Of a stretch of 64,000 bases of DNA, positions 1 to 8,522 are shown one piece after another. The stretch is from Cyclobacteriaceae bacterium (GTDB lineage Bacteria; Bacteroidota; Bacteroidia; Cytophagales; Cyclobacteriaceae), in NCBI GenBank assembly GCA_036563875.1, contig DATCLO010000207.1:74353-138352 (forward strand), in the 5' to 3' direction. Numbering within the stretch: the stretch's first letter is position 1; each line of letters opens with the position of its first letter. Under the pieces are notes generated by a model that saw only the letters and a program-made list of their open reading frames with translations, searched no databases and was not told the origin of the DNA. The position numbers and the translations under genes were made by a program.

Positions 1-1181
1 GACTTCCCTGCGCCGCTGGATCCAACAAGCGCCACTGTTTCGCCGGCATGGATGGAGAAACTCATCCGGTTGGTAACCAGCACACCGGGTCGGGTAGGAT
101 AAAAAAATGAAACGTTCTCAAATTCAACTCTTCCCTCAAAACGAATCTTGTCTTTCTTCCCACGACCCGGTTCTTCATCTTTAGCCAGCAATTCGAGAAG
201 GCGTCCCGATGCGCCCACCGCACGCTGCAGTTGCGCGTAAATGTCACCGAGACCGGCGATCGATCCTCCGACAAACGTTGTATACAGGACGAATGAAAAC
301 AGGTCGCCGACAGACATCGCACCTGACTGCACAAGCGTCGCTCCATACCACGCGACGGCAACGATGCCTCCGAACAAAACGAAGATGACAAACGAGATGA
401 GCAATCCCCGGTAACGCGCCGAGCGTACGGCGGCGCGCACAACTTCGCGAAGGGCCTTACGATATCGGAGCAACAACAGCGCTTCACTAGTGAACGCCTT
501 TACAACAGCTATTCCCTGAAGCGCTTCTGCAACCAACGCATTGGAAGTTGCAAGTTTGTCCTGCGTGTTGCGCGACAACTTTCGGATGTACTTACCAAAC
601 GCAAGGGCGAGAATCACGAGCACAGGGAACGTCGTCAGCATGAACATCGTCAGCTTCGGCGTGAGATAAAACAGCAGTGCGATTCCTGTCAGCAGGGTAA
701 TGATTTGTCGAAGCAACTCTGCCAGCGTAGTGGTAAACGTTTCCTGGAGCGATTGAACATCCGATGCGATCCGGCTCGTAAGTTCTCCTGCCCGGTGACG
801 ATCAAAAAATTCCATCGGCAACGCAATCATCTTGCCGAACACCGACGCGCGCAGGTCTGAGAGTGCCCGCTCACTGACAATGGAAAAGGTGTATACACGA
901 ATAAATGAGAAGACTCCAAGAACAAACAACACGAGGACGAGAATGCCCGCCACCTGATTGAGCGACGTAAAGTGCGGATCAGTTTTTCCCGTTGCCAGGT
1001 CAAGGAGTCGACCTGCATAGTATGGGAATGATAACAACGTAAAACTCGAAAGGATCAGCGCAACAAGTCCGGCTGCAAAAATCCATTTGTACGGCAGGGC
1101 AAACTTGAATACACCCAATAGTTGAGCGAGGCCTTCCTTTCCAAGCTTTCCCTTCTTGGTGTCCCGTTCCGCTTCTGTCAT
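1..1181 (-). CDS. ABC transporter, fused permease/ATP-binding protein (MsbA/ABCB-like); 3' end lies outside the window
   Basis: Own minus-strand translation from the ATG at 1181 gives MTEAERDTKKGKLGKEGLAQLLGVFKFALPYKW... It contains an internal MEFFDRHRAGELTSRIASDVQSLQ motif typical of ABC TMDs. It ends ...EFENVSFFYPTRPGVLVTNRMSFSIHAGETVALVGSSGAGK (Walker A), running off position 1. The gene is missing from the ORF track because no stop lies in the window. Track ORFs 62..487, 827..1018 and 1000..1200 are in other frames. Confidence 0.85.
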   Translation of the reverse strand, partial: MTEAERDTKKGKLGKEGLAQLLGVFKFALPYKWIFAAGLVALILSSFTLLSFPYYAGRLLDLATGKTDPHFTSLNQVAGILVLVLFVLGVFSFIRVYTFSIVSERALSDLRASVFGKMIALPMEFFDRHRAGELTSRIASDVQSLQETFTTTLAELLRQIITLLTGIALLFYLTPKLTMFMLTTFPVLVILALAFGKYIRKLSRNTQDKLATSNALVAEALQGIAVVKAFTSEALLLLRYRKALREVVRAAVRSARYRGLLISFVIFVLFGGIVAVAWYGATLVQSGAMSVGDLFSFVLYTTFVGGSIAGLGDIYAQLQRAVGASGRLLELLAKDEEPGRGKKDKIRFEGRVEFENVSFFYPTRPGVLVTNRMSFSIHAGETVALVGSSGAGK

Positions 1182-1200
1182 TTCCTGTTCCACAAAACAA

Positions 1201-1800
1201 TCAATCGTAGGTCAAAGCTCCCTTGATGGCGAACTTCATTGAATCGCCCAGAATCATTTTCTGTGCCCCGCGAATTTCATAGCCGACTACGGCAGGTCCG
1301 CCATCTACATCCTCGAACTCCATTGCGAGGAAACGACCGGATGCATACAATCGATTCTCTTCAGAAACTTCACCCTCAATTCGCCTGATCTTTTCCGGAG
1401 TGTCCTGATAATAAATGCGCACATACGAGAGGGGCAAAGGCTGTGTTGCTGTATACTGAATAATGGCCAGGTTGCTCGTTGCGTCGCGAATTCCCTGCTC
1501 TCCGCTATACTGTGTTGCGTTGAGGGTTTTCTCGTTGAGATCGAGTTGCCGAAATATTTCGAGCTCTCGTGCCCACATCGCACTGTCCAGATCGTGTAAA
1601 ACTACCTTCTCGGATTCACCATTGATTACGGCTTCCTTTTCAAGCGCGGGTTGGAGTTCAACAAGGCGTCGAACCTGCGCGCTGATCAAACTGTCAAGAT
1701 TGTAGAACACCTGCGTACGTTGCTGCGCCTTGCGTTCGCACGCCGGCAAGATCAGGGCCAATACAATAACCCACAGTCCACTATGGCGTGACAAGAACAT
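1201..1800 (-). CDS. hypothetical lipoprotein
   Basis: 199-aa ORF. The N-terminus MFLSRHSGLWVIVLALILPAC is a signal peptide plus lipobox. No catalytic motif recognised. The start overlaps the gpmI 3' end by 20 nt. Confidence 0.6.
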   Translation of the reverse strand: MFLSRHSGLWVIVLALILPACERKAQQRTQVFYNLDSLISAQVRRLVELQPALEKEAVINGESEKVVLHDLDSAMWARELEIFRQLDLNEKTLNATQYSGEQGIRDATSNLAIIQYTATQPLPLSYVRIYYQDTPEKIRRIEGEVSEENRLYASGRFLAMEFEDVDGGPAVVGYEIRGAQKMILGDSMKFAIKGALTYD

Positions 1801-3307
1801 TCCCGGTCATTTGTGGTGGTATCGGTATACCCATCAACGTGAGGATGGTCGGTGCCAGGTCGCCGAGTTTCCCATCGCGGATGGTACCACGATATTCTTT
1901 ATCTACCAGAATGCAGGGTACAAGGTTGGTGGTATGCGCTGTATTAGGAGTACCATCGGGATTGATCATCATATCAGCGTTGCCATGATCCGCGATAATG
2001 ATCGTCGTGTATCCATTGGCTAGTGCAGCTTCCGTTACACGACCTGCGCATTGGTCAACCGTCTCGCATGCTTTCACTGCAGCTTCAAAGACACCTGTGT
2101 GTCCCACCATGTCAGGGTTTGCAAAGTTCAGGCAAATGAAGTCGGCGGATTGTCTTTCCAGCTCCGGGATAATGCTGTCACGGATATCCGGCGCACTCAT
2201 CTCAGGCTTAAGATCGTATGTGGGCACTTTGGGTGAAGGACACAGTATCCGCTTCTCACCGTCGAATGGTGTTTCCCTGCCTCCTGAAAAAAAGAAAGTA
2301 ACGTGTGGATATTTTTCTGTCTCTGCGATTCGTATTTGTCGCTTACCCGCCTTGGCAAGCACTTCGCCCAGGGTGTTATCCAGATTATCCTTTTCGAACA
2401 CCGGCTTCACGCCTTCAAAGGTGTCATCGTAGATTGTCATGGTGATGTAGCGGAGGCTGAGCTTTTTCATTCCGTGGTCTGGAATGTCTTTTTGAGTCAG
2501 TACCTCCGTGATCTGCCGTCCGCGGTCCGTCCGGAAGTTGAAGCAGAACACCACATCGCCATCGCGAATAGTGCCTACCGGGTGTCCAGTGCTATTGGTA
2601 ACCACAATGGGTTTGATGAACTCGTCTGTGACGCCTTTGGCGTAGGAGTCCATTACCGCAGACCGAACGTCCTGTGTCGGTTCGCCTTTACCATGAACAA
2701 GCAGGTCGTACGCCAGGCGGACACGTTCCCAGCGGTGGTCGCGGTCCATGGCATAGTACCGTCCGACAACGCTGGCCAGCTGGCCGGTCGTGCGTTTCAT
2801 GGCATGCTGAAGTTCATCCAGGAAGCCCAGGCCGCTCTTAGGGTCGGTATCCCTGCCATCAGTAAATGCGTGAACAAACACATTACTTACCCCTTTCCGG
2901 TGAGCCGCCTCCAGGACGCCAATCAGGTGGCGAATGTGGGAATGGACCCCGCCGTCAGAGACCAGTCCAATGAGGTGGAATGCCCGGCCGGTGGATTTGG
3001 CATATTCAAAGGCCTCCGAAAGCACAGGATTTGTATCGAATTGCCTTTCGTCGATAGCCTTATTGATCCGCACGAGGTCCTGATACACGACCCTTCCCGC
3101 CCCGATGTTCATGTGGCCCACCTCTGAATTGCCCATTTGCCCTTCGGGAAGGCCTACGGCGAGACCGGAGGCTTCCAGTTTGCTGTGGGGGTAACGGGGG
3201 TACAGCGAGTCGATAAAAGGAGTATTCGCCTTATCCACCGCGGAAACCTCCTTATTGGTAGCGATCCCCCAACCGTCGAGGATCATCAGTAGTACTTTCC
3301 TGTTCAT
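1781..3307 (-). CDS. gpmI: 2,3-bisphosphoglycerate-independent phosphoglycerate mutase
   Basis: 508 aa. Motifs seen are MNRKVLLMILDGWG, NSEVGHMNIGAGR and ADHGNAD, and the length is typical of iPGM. Confidence 0.95.
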   Translation of the reverse strand: MNRKVLLMILDGWGIATNKEVSAVDKANTPFIDSLYPRYPHSKLEASGLAVGLPEGQMGNSEVGHMNIGAGRVVYQDLVRINKAIDERQFDTNPVLSEAFEYAKSTGRAFHLIGLVSDGGVHSHIRHLIGVLEAAHRKGVSNVFVHAFTDGRDTDPKSGLGFLDELQHAMKRTTGQLASVVGRYYAMDRDHRWERVRLAYDLLVHGKGEPTQDVRSAVMDSYAKGVTDEFIKPIVVTNSTGHPVGTIRDGDVVFCFNFRTDRGRQITEVLTQKDIPDHGMKKLSLRYITMTIYDDTFEGVKPVFEKDNLDNTLGEVLAKAGKRQIRIAETEKYPHVTFFFSGGRETPFDGEKRILCPSPKVPTYDLKPEMSAPDIRDSIIPELERQSADFICLNFANPDMVGHTGVFEAAVKACETVDQCAGRVTEAALANGYTTIIIADHGNADMMINPDGTPNTAHTTNLVPCILVDKEYRGTIRDGKLGDLAPTILTLMGIPIPPQMTGNVLVTP

Positions 3308-3340
3308 TAGCCAGCTACCGGAAAACGTTGTCTAAGGCCG

Positions 3341-3348
3341 CAAATATA
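3341..3348 (-). promoter_or_regulatory. Bacteroidota-type -7 promoter box (TATATTTG) for gpmI
   Basis: Plus-strand caaatata is TATATTTG on the minus strand, an exact TAnnTTTG. It lies 33 nt upstream of the gpmI ATG. Confidence 0.5.
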
Positions 3349-3507
3349 GCCATGTGAAAAGGAAATAAGTCGTTGATTTTGAAGGATTCACCAAAAGAAG
3401 CAGCGTTGCAACGATTGCGGAAGATCGGGCTGTAGATTTTTCACTATATTTCCAACAATGGCATAGTTTTCGCCCATTTTTTCGATTAACCCAGTAAGGT
3501 TGTCATC

Positions 3508-3909
3508 ATGAGCATAAACAGGTCACTTTTTGCGTTGATCGCATTTTTTTCAACGTTTTCAGGGGTTTTAGGGCAAGGTCAGAGCAACATCATCGAGCAG
3601 GTGAGGGAAACCATTGGTGCGGGCAGTGCGAAGGAGCTTTCCAAATATCTGAACCAGACCGTCGACGTTATGATCGACGAGCAACTGCAGTCGTATAGCA
3701 AGGCCCAGGCCGAGTTCGTTTTGCGGGATTTCTTCAGAAACCATCCTGCCAACGAGTTCACCATTATTCACCAGGGATCATCCAAGGGCGGCCAACCTTT
3801 TGCCATAGGCCTCTATAAAAGCGGCGATGAAACGTACCGCGTTTTCATGAAAATCAAGGCCACTGACAAGCAGCAGCTTGTGCATGAAATTCGTTTTTCG
3901 AAGGAATAA
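3508..3909 (+). CDS. secreted small protein, DUF4783-like (family name recalled from memory)
   Basis: 133 aa with signal peptide MSINRSLFALIAFFSTFSGVLGQ. It heads a co-directional gene string with nadC. Confidence 0.55.
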   Translation: MSINRSLFALIAFFSTFSGVLGQGQSNIIEQVRETIGAGSAKELSKYLNQTVDVMIDEQLQSYSKAQAEFVLRDFFRNHPANEFTIIHQGSSKGGQPFAIGLYKSGDETYRVFMKIKATDKQQLVHEIRFSKE

Positions 3910-3956
3910 GTATTCCCCCTCATCCAAAGTAAGCCCGTCCGGTCTATTTTTGCACG

Positions 3957-4826
3957 ATGACGCCGGACTATATCACTGATGAATACCTCGATCGGTTCAT
4001 TAAGCAGGCTTTGCAGGAGGACGTGGGCGACGGAGACCACTCAACCCTTTGCTGCGTTGGGGAGCGGCAGACGGCCTCAGCACATCTCATGGTAAAGGAG
4101 GACGGCATTCTGGCCGGCGTAGCCCTGGCCCAACGGATCTTCAAGCATTTCGATCCCGAACTTTCCTTAAAGGTATCGCTTACTGACGGCGCGACTGTCC
4201 GGCGCGGCGACATCGCGTTTATCGTGTATGGGCGGGCGCGCTCAATACTCACGACAGAGCGCCTGGTGCTGAACTGCATGCAGCGCATGAGCGGAATTGC
4301 AACCGCCACCCGGCGCATGGTGGAGGCAACCGCCGGAACCCACGCTAAAATCATTGACACGCGGAAGACAACGCCAAACTTCCGACTGCCCGAAAAATGG
4401 GCCGTATCGATCGGCGGCGGCCAGAACCACCGCCTGGGGTTGTATGACATGATTATGCTCAAGGACAATCATGTCGCGCTCGCAGGTGGGATTCGCGAGG
4501 CGATCCTTCGCGCAAAAGATTATATTCGCGCCACCGGAAAGAAACTAAAGGTTGAGATTGAGGTGGTAAACGTCGAGCAGGCCGTGGAGGCTGCCGAGAC
4601 GGGACAAGTTGATGTAATCATGCTCGACAACATGTCGCCCGATGAGATGGCAAAAGCTGTAAAGGCTATTGCGGGACGATGCACCACCGAAGCCAGCGGT
4701 GGCATTACGATGGAAACTATTCGCTCAGTGGCACAAACGGGAGTAGACTACATCTCCGTAGGTGCGCTTACGCACAGCGTCAGGAGTCTCGACCTGAGCC
4801 TGAAGATTCGGGTCGACAAAAACTGA
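3957..4826 (+). CDS. nadC: nicotinate-nucleotide diphosphorylase (carboxylating), quinolinate phosphoribosyltransferase
   Basis: 289 aa. Motifs CMQRMSGIAT, DTRKTTP, LKDNH and ASGGIT are typical of type II QPRTase. Confidence 0.95.
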   Translation: MTPDYITDEYLDRFIKQALQEDVGDGDHSTLCCVGERQTASAHLMVKEDGILAGVALAQRIFKHFDPELSLKVSLTDGATVRRGDIAFIVYGRARSILTTERLVLNCMQRMSGIATATRRMVEATAGTHAKIIDTRKTTPNFRLPEKWAVSIGGGQNHRLGLYDMIMLKDNHVALAGGIREAILRAKDYIRATGKKLKVEIEVVNVEQAVEAAETGQVDVIMLDNMSPDEMAKAVKAIAGRCTTEASGGITMETIRSVAQTGVDYISVGALTHSVRSLDLSLKIRVDKN

Positions 4827-4835
4827 AACAACATT

Positions 4836-5312
4836 ATGATCGTACGGACAAAGAATTACAAACTCGATACTAAGACCTACACCCGGATTGCATTCCGCAA
4901 TATCATGAAGAAGCAGGGCTGGATCGCCGCGCTGTGTGCATTGGCCTTGTGTATCCCGGCTATCTGGATTCCTAGTGTATGGTGGTTTATCGGCGCTATC
5001 ATCGCGTTTCTTCTTTACATGCTCTTCTGGTGGATACAGTTCTATGGGGTCACGCAGCTGGAACAAGGAAAGGTACTGTTTCAAAAATATTCCTACGAGA
5101 TCAGCAGTCAGCAGATTCTCATGAAGGTCAGTCCCCGTGAAGGCATGCCCCTGAAATGGGATCAGATCAAGTCTGCCTATATCGACAAGGACGCGTTCGT
5201 TCTTTTCGTCAACAAGGCGCAAATCATCCATTTACCTTTTCGTATCTTCAATACGGAGAATGAACGCAAGTTCGTAGCGAGCATTCTCAGGAATAAAGGA
5301 TACACTAAGTAG
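4836..5312 (+). CDS. YcxB-like membrane protein
   Basis: 158 aa with two adjacent hydrophobic helices (WIAALCALALCIPAIW, WWFIGAIIAFLLYMLFWWI). The C-terminal part (LKWDQIKSAYIDKDAFVLFVNKAQIIHLPFRIF) resembles the YcxB family. Confidence 0.55.
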   Translation: MIVRTKNYKLDTKTYTRIAFRNIMKKQGWIAALCALALCIPAIWIPSVWWFIGAIIAFLLYMLFWWIQFYGVTQLEQGKVLFQKYSYEISSQQILMKVSPREGMPLKWDQIKSAYIDKDAFVLFVNKAQIIHLPFRIFNTENERKFVASILRNKGYTK

Positions 5313-5771
5313 GTGCGTTCGGAAGTTCAGGAAAAGATCATGCGCTATTGCGCATATCAGGAGCGTTGTCATTCCGAAGTTCGACGAAAGCTTTCAGAGC
5401 TCGGTGTCTCCGGTGATGAGGCAGATGAGATTATTGTATCATTAATCAAAGAGGGCTTTCTCAACGAGGAACGGTTTGCGCGACTGTTTGCACATGGGAA
5501 ATTCCGTTTGAAGCGATGGGGACGCCTCAAAATCGTCCGTGAGCTTGAAATGCGTGGACTTACACAAGCGTGCATCAAGAGTGGTTTGCAAATGATCGAT
5601 GAAGAGGAGTATGGAAAAACTCTGGAGTACTTAATATCACGTAAGCAGGGGGAATACGGAGAGGAGAATATTTTCGTTAAGCGGGACAAGATTGCTGACT
5701 ATCTCATACGCAAAGGCTTCGAGCCGGATTTGGTATGGGATGCACTGAAAAAGCTTGTGCCCAATCCATGA
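5313..5771 (+). CDS. recX: recombination regulator RecX
   Basis: 152 aa. The GTG start directly follows the previous stop. MRYCAYQERCHSEVRRKL and repeated three-helix segments are typical of RecX. Confidence 0.8.
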   Translation: MRSEVQEKIMRYCAYQERCHSEVRRKLSELGVSGDEADEIIVSLIKEGFLNEERFARLFAHGKFRLKRWGRLKIVRELEMRGLTQACIKSGLQMIDEEEYGKTLEYLISRKQGEYGEENIFVKRDKIADYLIRKGFEPDLVWDALKKLVPNP

Positions 5772-6241
5772 CTATACGCCAACATTTCGGAATCATCTTC
5801 ATCGCACTGATAGTCACCACACAATCAGTGTGGTGTCAGGCGGATGCAGCCCGACACCAAAACCTCAAGGACGGCATCGCGCTCGAGGGATATGATCCTG
5901 TGAGTTACTTTCACAACGCCCCGACCAAAGGGAAGAAGGAATTGCGTTATACCTACAACGGCGCGACCTACTTGTTTTCCACCACTGAGAACCTCGCCGA
6001 GTTTCAAGCCAACCCACGGAAGTACGAAGCTGCATACGGTGGCTGGTGTGCCTACGCGATGGGAGACACCGGCGAGAAAGTCAAAATTGACCCGGAAACC
6101 TATAAAATTGTCGATAGCAGGCTGTACTTGTTCTACAATTTCTGGGGGAACAACACGCTGAAATCCTGGAACAAAGACGAGACCAGGCTTCGCACCGCTG
6201 CTGACCGCAATTGGGACAACCTGATTCGGACGAAGCGGTGA
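5768..6241 (+). CDS. YHS domain-containing secreted protein
   Basis: The internal ATG at 5768 gives MTIRQHFGIIFIALIVTTQSVWC (signal peptide). It overlaps the recX stop as ATGA. The body LEGYDPVSYF...YNGATYLFSTTENLAEFQANPRKY...GGWCAYAM is YHS-type. Confidence 0.75.
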   Translation: MTIRQHFGIIFIALIVTTQSVWCQADAARHQNLKDGIALEGYDPVSYFHNAPTKGKKELRYTYNGATYLFSTTENLAEFQANPRKYEAAYGGWCAYAMGDTGEKVKIDPETYKIVDSRLYLFYNFWGNNTLKSWNKDETRLRTAADRNWDNLIRTKR

Positions 6242-6300
6242 CTCCCTGCTCCGCGGCTATTTTGAAATTTGCTCTATATTTGGTTTTTCTATCACCCCCT

Positions 6301-6816
6301 ATGCATCTTAAAAAGGCTTGTACCCATATTCTGGAACAAATCGCCGATGTATGTTGGCAGATCCAGCACGAACACTTTTCTCAGCCCATTGAAACGCTAG
6401 GCATGTCGACCATCGGGCAACACATCCGACACACGCTCGAGTTTTTCATTTGCCTCCAACGCGGCGTAGGGCGCGGGGTTGTGAACTACGACAGACGCGA
6501 ACGCGATCAGCAGATTGAAACCGACAAAGCGCTTGCAGCGTCCAAGGTCGAAATGATCAAGCGGTTTGTGTCGGACCTTACCGACAATACTCCGCTAACC
6601 CTTGAAGTAGGGTATGATCTCTCGAAGGAGCAATACGTTACAGTACAGACCAACTTTTCGCGCGAGTTGGTGTACAACATTGAACATGCCGTGCACCACA
6701 TGGCGCTCATCAAAATTGGCGTTAGAGAAATTGCACCTTATGTCCAGCTTCCCTCCGATTTCGGAATTGCAGCATCAACCATCCGTTTCAAGGAAATGGC
6801 GGGCGCCGCTCATTAA
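6301..6816 (+). CDS. DinB-fold (DinB_2-like) metal-dependent protein
   Basis: Internal ATG at 6301 (MHLKKACTHILEQ). His-rich motifs GQHIRHTLEF and NIEHAVHHMALI are placed as in four-helix DinB/YfiT-type proteins. Confidence 0.65.
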   Translation: MHLKKACTHILEQIADVCWQIQHEHFSQPIETLGMSTIGQHIRHTLEFFICLQRGVGRGVVNYDRRERDQQIETDKALAASKVEMIKRFVSDLTDNTPLTLEVGYDLSKEQYVTVQTNFSRELVYNIEHAVHHMALIKIGVREIAPYVQLPSDFGIAASTIRFKEMAGAAH

Positions 6817-6835
6817 GCAACGCTCCAGGGCGAAG

Positions 6836-7879
6836 GTGGGATTCCTCACACGCCTGCTTCGGAGCAACGCTATCGTGCGCCTGAAAAGCTGGGAGTATTG
6901 GCCATTCGGAATTATCCAGTTTCCTTTCTTTCTCTACTGGTTGTGGCTGTCGTTAAAGGCGCGTTCGTTGATGTTCTTTTCCGCATCGAATCCGCGCATT
7001 CCCACAGGCGGCATGTTTGGTGAGTCCAAGTTTGAAATTCTTCAAAGCATACCATCAACCGTTGTCGCGAAGTCGACGCTAATGCAAGCATCATCAACGA
7101 GGGAAGACGTGCTTGCTCGAATGCGCGAACTGCAACTTACTTTTCCCGTCATCTTCAAACCAGACATTGGTGAGCGAGGATGGATGGTGAAGCGCATCTA
7201 TTCAGAGGAAGACATCGACAACTACCTCTCTATCATCCGAACGAATTTTATCATCCAGGAATTGATCGACCTCCCGCTTGAATTTGGGGTATTCTATCGA
7301 CGCTATCCGAATGAACCTTCCGGCGCGGTGACTTCCATAGTCATGAAAGAAATGCTGACCATTACCGGCGATGGCTATTCAACATTCGAAGAACTTATCA
7401 TGGCAGACGAGCGGGCAAGACTCCAATGGCGGGTGTTGAAAGAAAAATACAAAGACCGCCTGAGCAACATACTGAAGGAGGGAGAAACGGTCGAACTAGT
7501 GTCCATTGGAAACCATTGCCTCGGCACGAAATTCCTCGACGGCAATCATCTCATAACGGACGAGTTATGCGACTCTTTCGATCGCATCAGCCGCCAGATT
7601 CCCGACTTCTATTTCGGCAGGTTTGACCTCAGGACCGCATCCTTGCGCGACCTCGCTCGCGGTCGGGTCAAAATCCTCGAACTCAATGGCTGCGGCGCCG
7701 AACCTGCCCATATCTATGATCCAGCGAACACGCTGGCAGGTGCGATGAAGGCCATGTACAGGCATTGGAAAGATTTGTATCGCATCAGCACAGAAAACCA
7801 CCGTCGCGGCGTTCCTTTTATGAGCTTTAAGGAAGGACTCCAGATGTACCGCAAGTTCAGAGCTACAGTTACCGCGTGA
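6836..7879 (+). CDS. membrane-anchored ATP-grasp ligase (D-Ala-D-Ala-ligase-like fold), substrate unknown
   Basis: The track ORF 6614..7879 overlaps the DinB-like gene, so I place the start at the in-frame GTG at 6836 (uncertain). There is an N-terminal hydrophobic WEYWPFGIIQFPFFLYWLWLSL. The ATP-grasp core is VIFKPDIGERGWMV...IIQELIDLPLEFGVFY...FGRFDLR...KILELNGCGAEPAHIYD. Confidence 0.65.
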   Translation: MGFLTRLLRSNAIVRLKSWEYWPFGIIQFPFFLYWLWLSLKARSLMFFSASNPRIPTGGMFGESKFEILQSIPSTVVAKSTLMQASSTREDVLARMRELQLTFPVIFKPDIGERGWMVKRIYSEEDIDNYLSIIRTNFIIQELIDLPLEFGVFYRRYPNEPSGAVTSIVMKEMLTITGDGYSTFEELIMADERARLQWRVLKEKYKDRLSNILKEGETVELVSIGNHCLGTKFLDGNHLITDELCDSFDRISRQIPDFYFGRFDLRTASLRDLARGRVKILELNGCGAEPAHIYDPANTLAGAMKAMYRHWKDLYRISTENHRRGVPFMSFKEGLQMYRKFRATVTA

Positions 7880-8487
7880 CTACAGCTTTCGCCATAGCCT
7901 TTGCATTCAGCTTTATTGGTTCGGTTCCTCCCGGAACTATCAACCTCACTGTTCTGCAACTGGGCCTGGAAAGAAAATTTTCTATCGCGATGCGCTTTGG
8001 GGCTGCGGCTGCCCTCATCGAATATCCTTACGGATGGATTGCCGTGAAGTTTGCAGCCCTCATTCTCTCGTCACCTGCGATCGTTACCAACTTCCAATTG
8101 ATCACAGGAATCGTCATGGTGACCCTGGGCGCATTCAACCTCTGGTCGGCTTCAAAGCCCAGTAACTTTTCCGTCCGCTTCAACAACAGTGGATTCCGTC
8201 GCGGCCTCCTTCTCGGCCTCCTGAATCCCATGGCCATCCCTTACTGGATCGCCATGACAACATACTGCAAGAGTCAGGGATGGATCGATCTTGATACCAA
8301 CAGCGAACTTCACGGGTACCTTGTTGGCGTAGTCCTCGGCGCGCTTACGTTGCTCAGCATTCTCGTCTACCTCGCCGGCAAAATCGCACCGTTGTTCAGG
8401 CATCAGGGGATTTTGAAGCGTATTCCGGGAGTGGTGCTGCTGGCGTTGGGGATTTATGCGTTCATTAGGTTATTCAGTGGGCAGTAG
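7876..8487 (+). CDS. LysE-family amino-acid/metabolite exporter
   Basis: 203 aa and polytopic. The N-terminal FSFIGSVPPGTINL resembles the LysE/RhtB signature. The GTG start overlaps the ATP-grasp stop (GTGA). Confidence 0.8.
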   Translation: MTTAFAIAFAFSFIGSVPPGTINLTVLQLGLERKFSIAMRFGAAAALIEYPYGWIAVKFAALILSSPAIVTNFQLITGIVMVTLGAFNLWSASKPSNFSVRFNNSGFRRGLLLGLLNPMAIPYWIAMTTYCKSQGWIDLDTNSELHGYLVGVVLGALTLLSILVYLAGKIAPLFRHQGILKRIPGVVLLALGIYAFIRLFSGQ

Positions 8488-8522
8488 GCAACGGACAGTT
8501 GCCAATTCCCTGCTGCCTACTG
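8482..8522. terminator. hairpin between convergent LysE and LD-carboxypeptidase genes (no clear U-tract)
   Basis: CAGTAGGCA (8482-8490) pairs with TGCCTACTG (8514-8522). The stem arms contain both stop codons. An alternative inner hairpin is GGCAAC/GTTGCC. Confidence 0.35.

Noticed and set aside
62-1200. Track ORFs 62..487, 827..1018 and 1000..1200 on the minus strand.
   Set aside because: They are out-of-frame segments inside the ABC transporter gene. That gene's real frame is open from the window edge to the ATG at 1181, and it is missing from the track only because its stop lies outside the window.
2303-3127. Long antisense ORFs opposite well-supported genes. Examples: 2303..3127 (gpmI), 8664..9536 (ldcA), 12471..13148 (bamA), 13593..14168 (uppS). 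Also 26823..27464 (SNF2), 35191..35799 (DUF2179), 37194..37697 and 38508..39089 (GH3/lptB), 55021..55623 (asd) and 62032..62649 (gldJ-like).
   Set aside because: Each lies entirely opposite a gene with clear family motifs. Their translations are low-complexity or Arg/Ser/Cys-rich with no recognisable motifs. Stop-poor antisense frames are expected at this GC content and codon bias.
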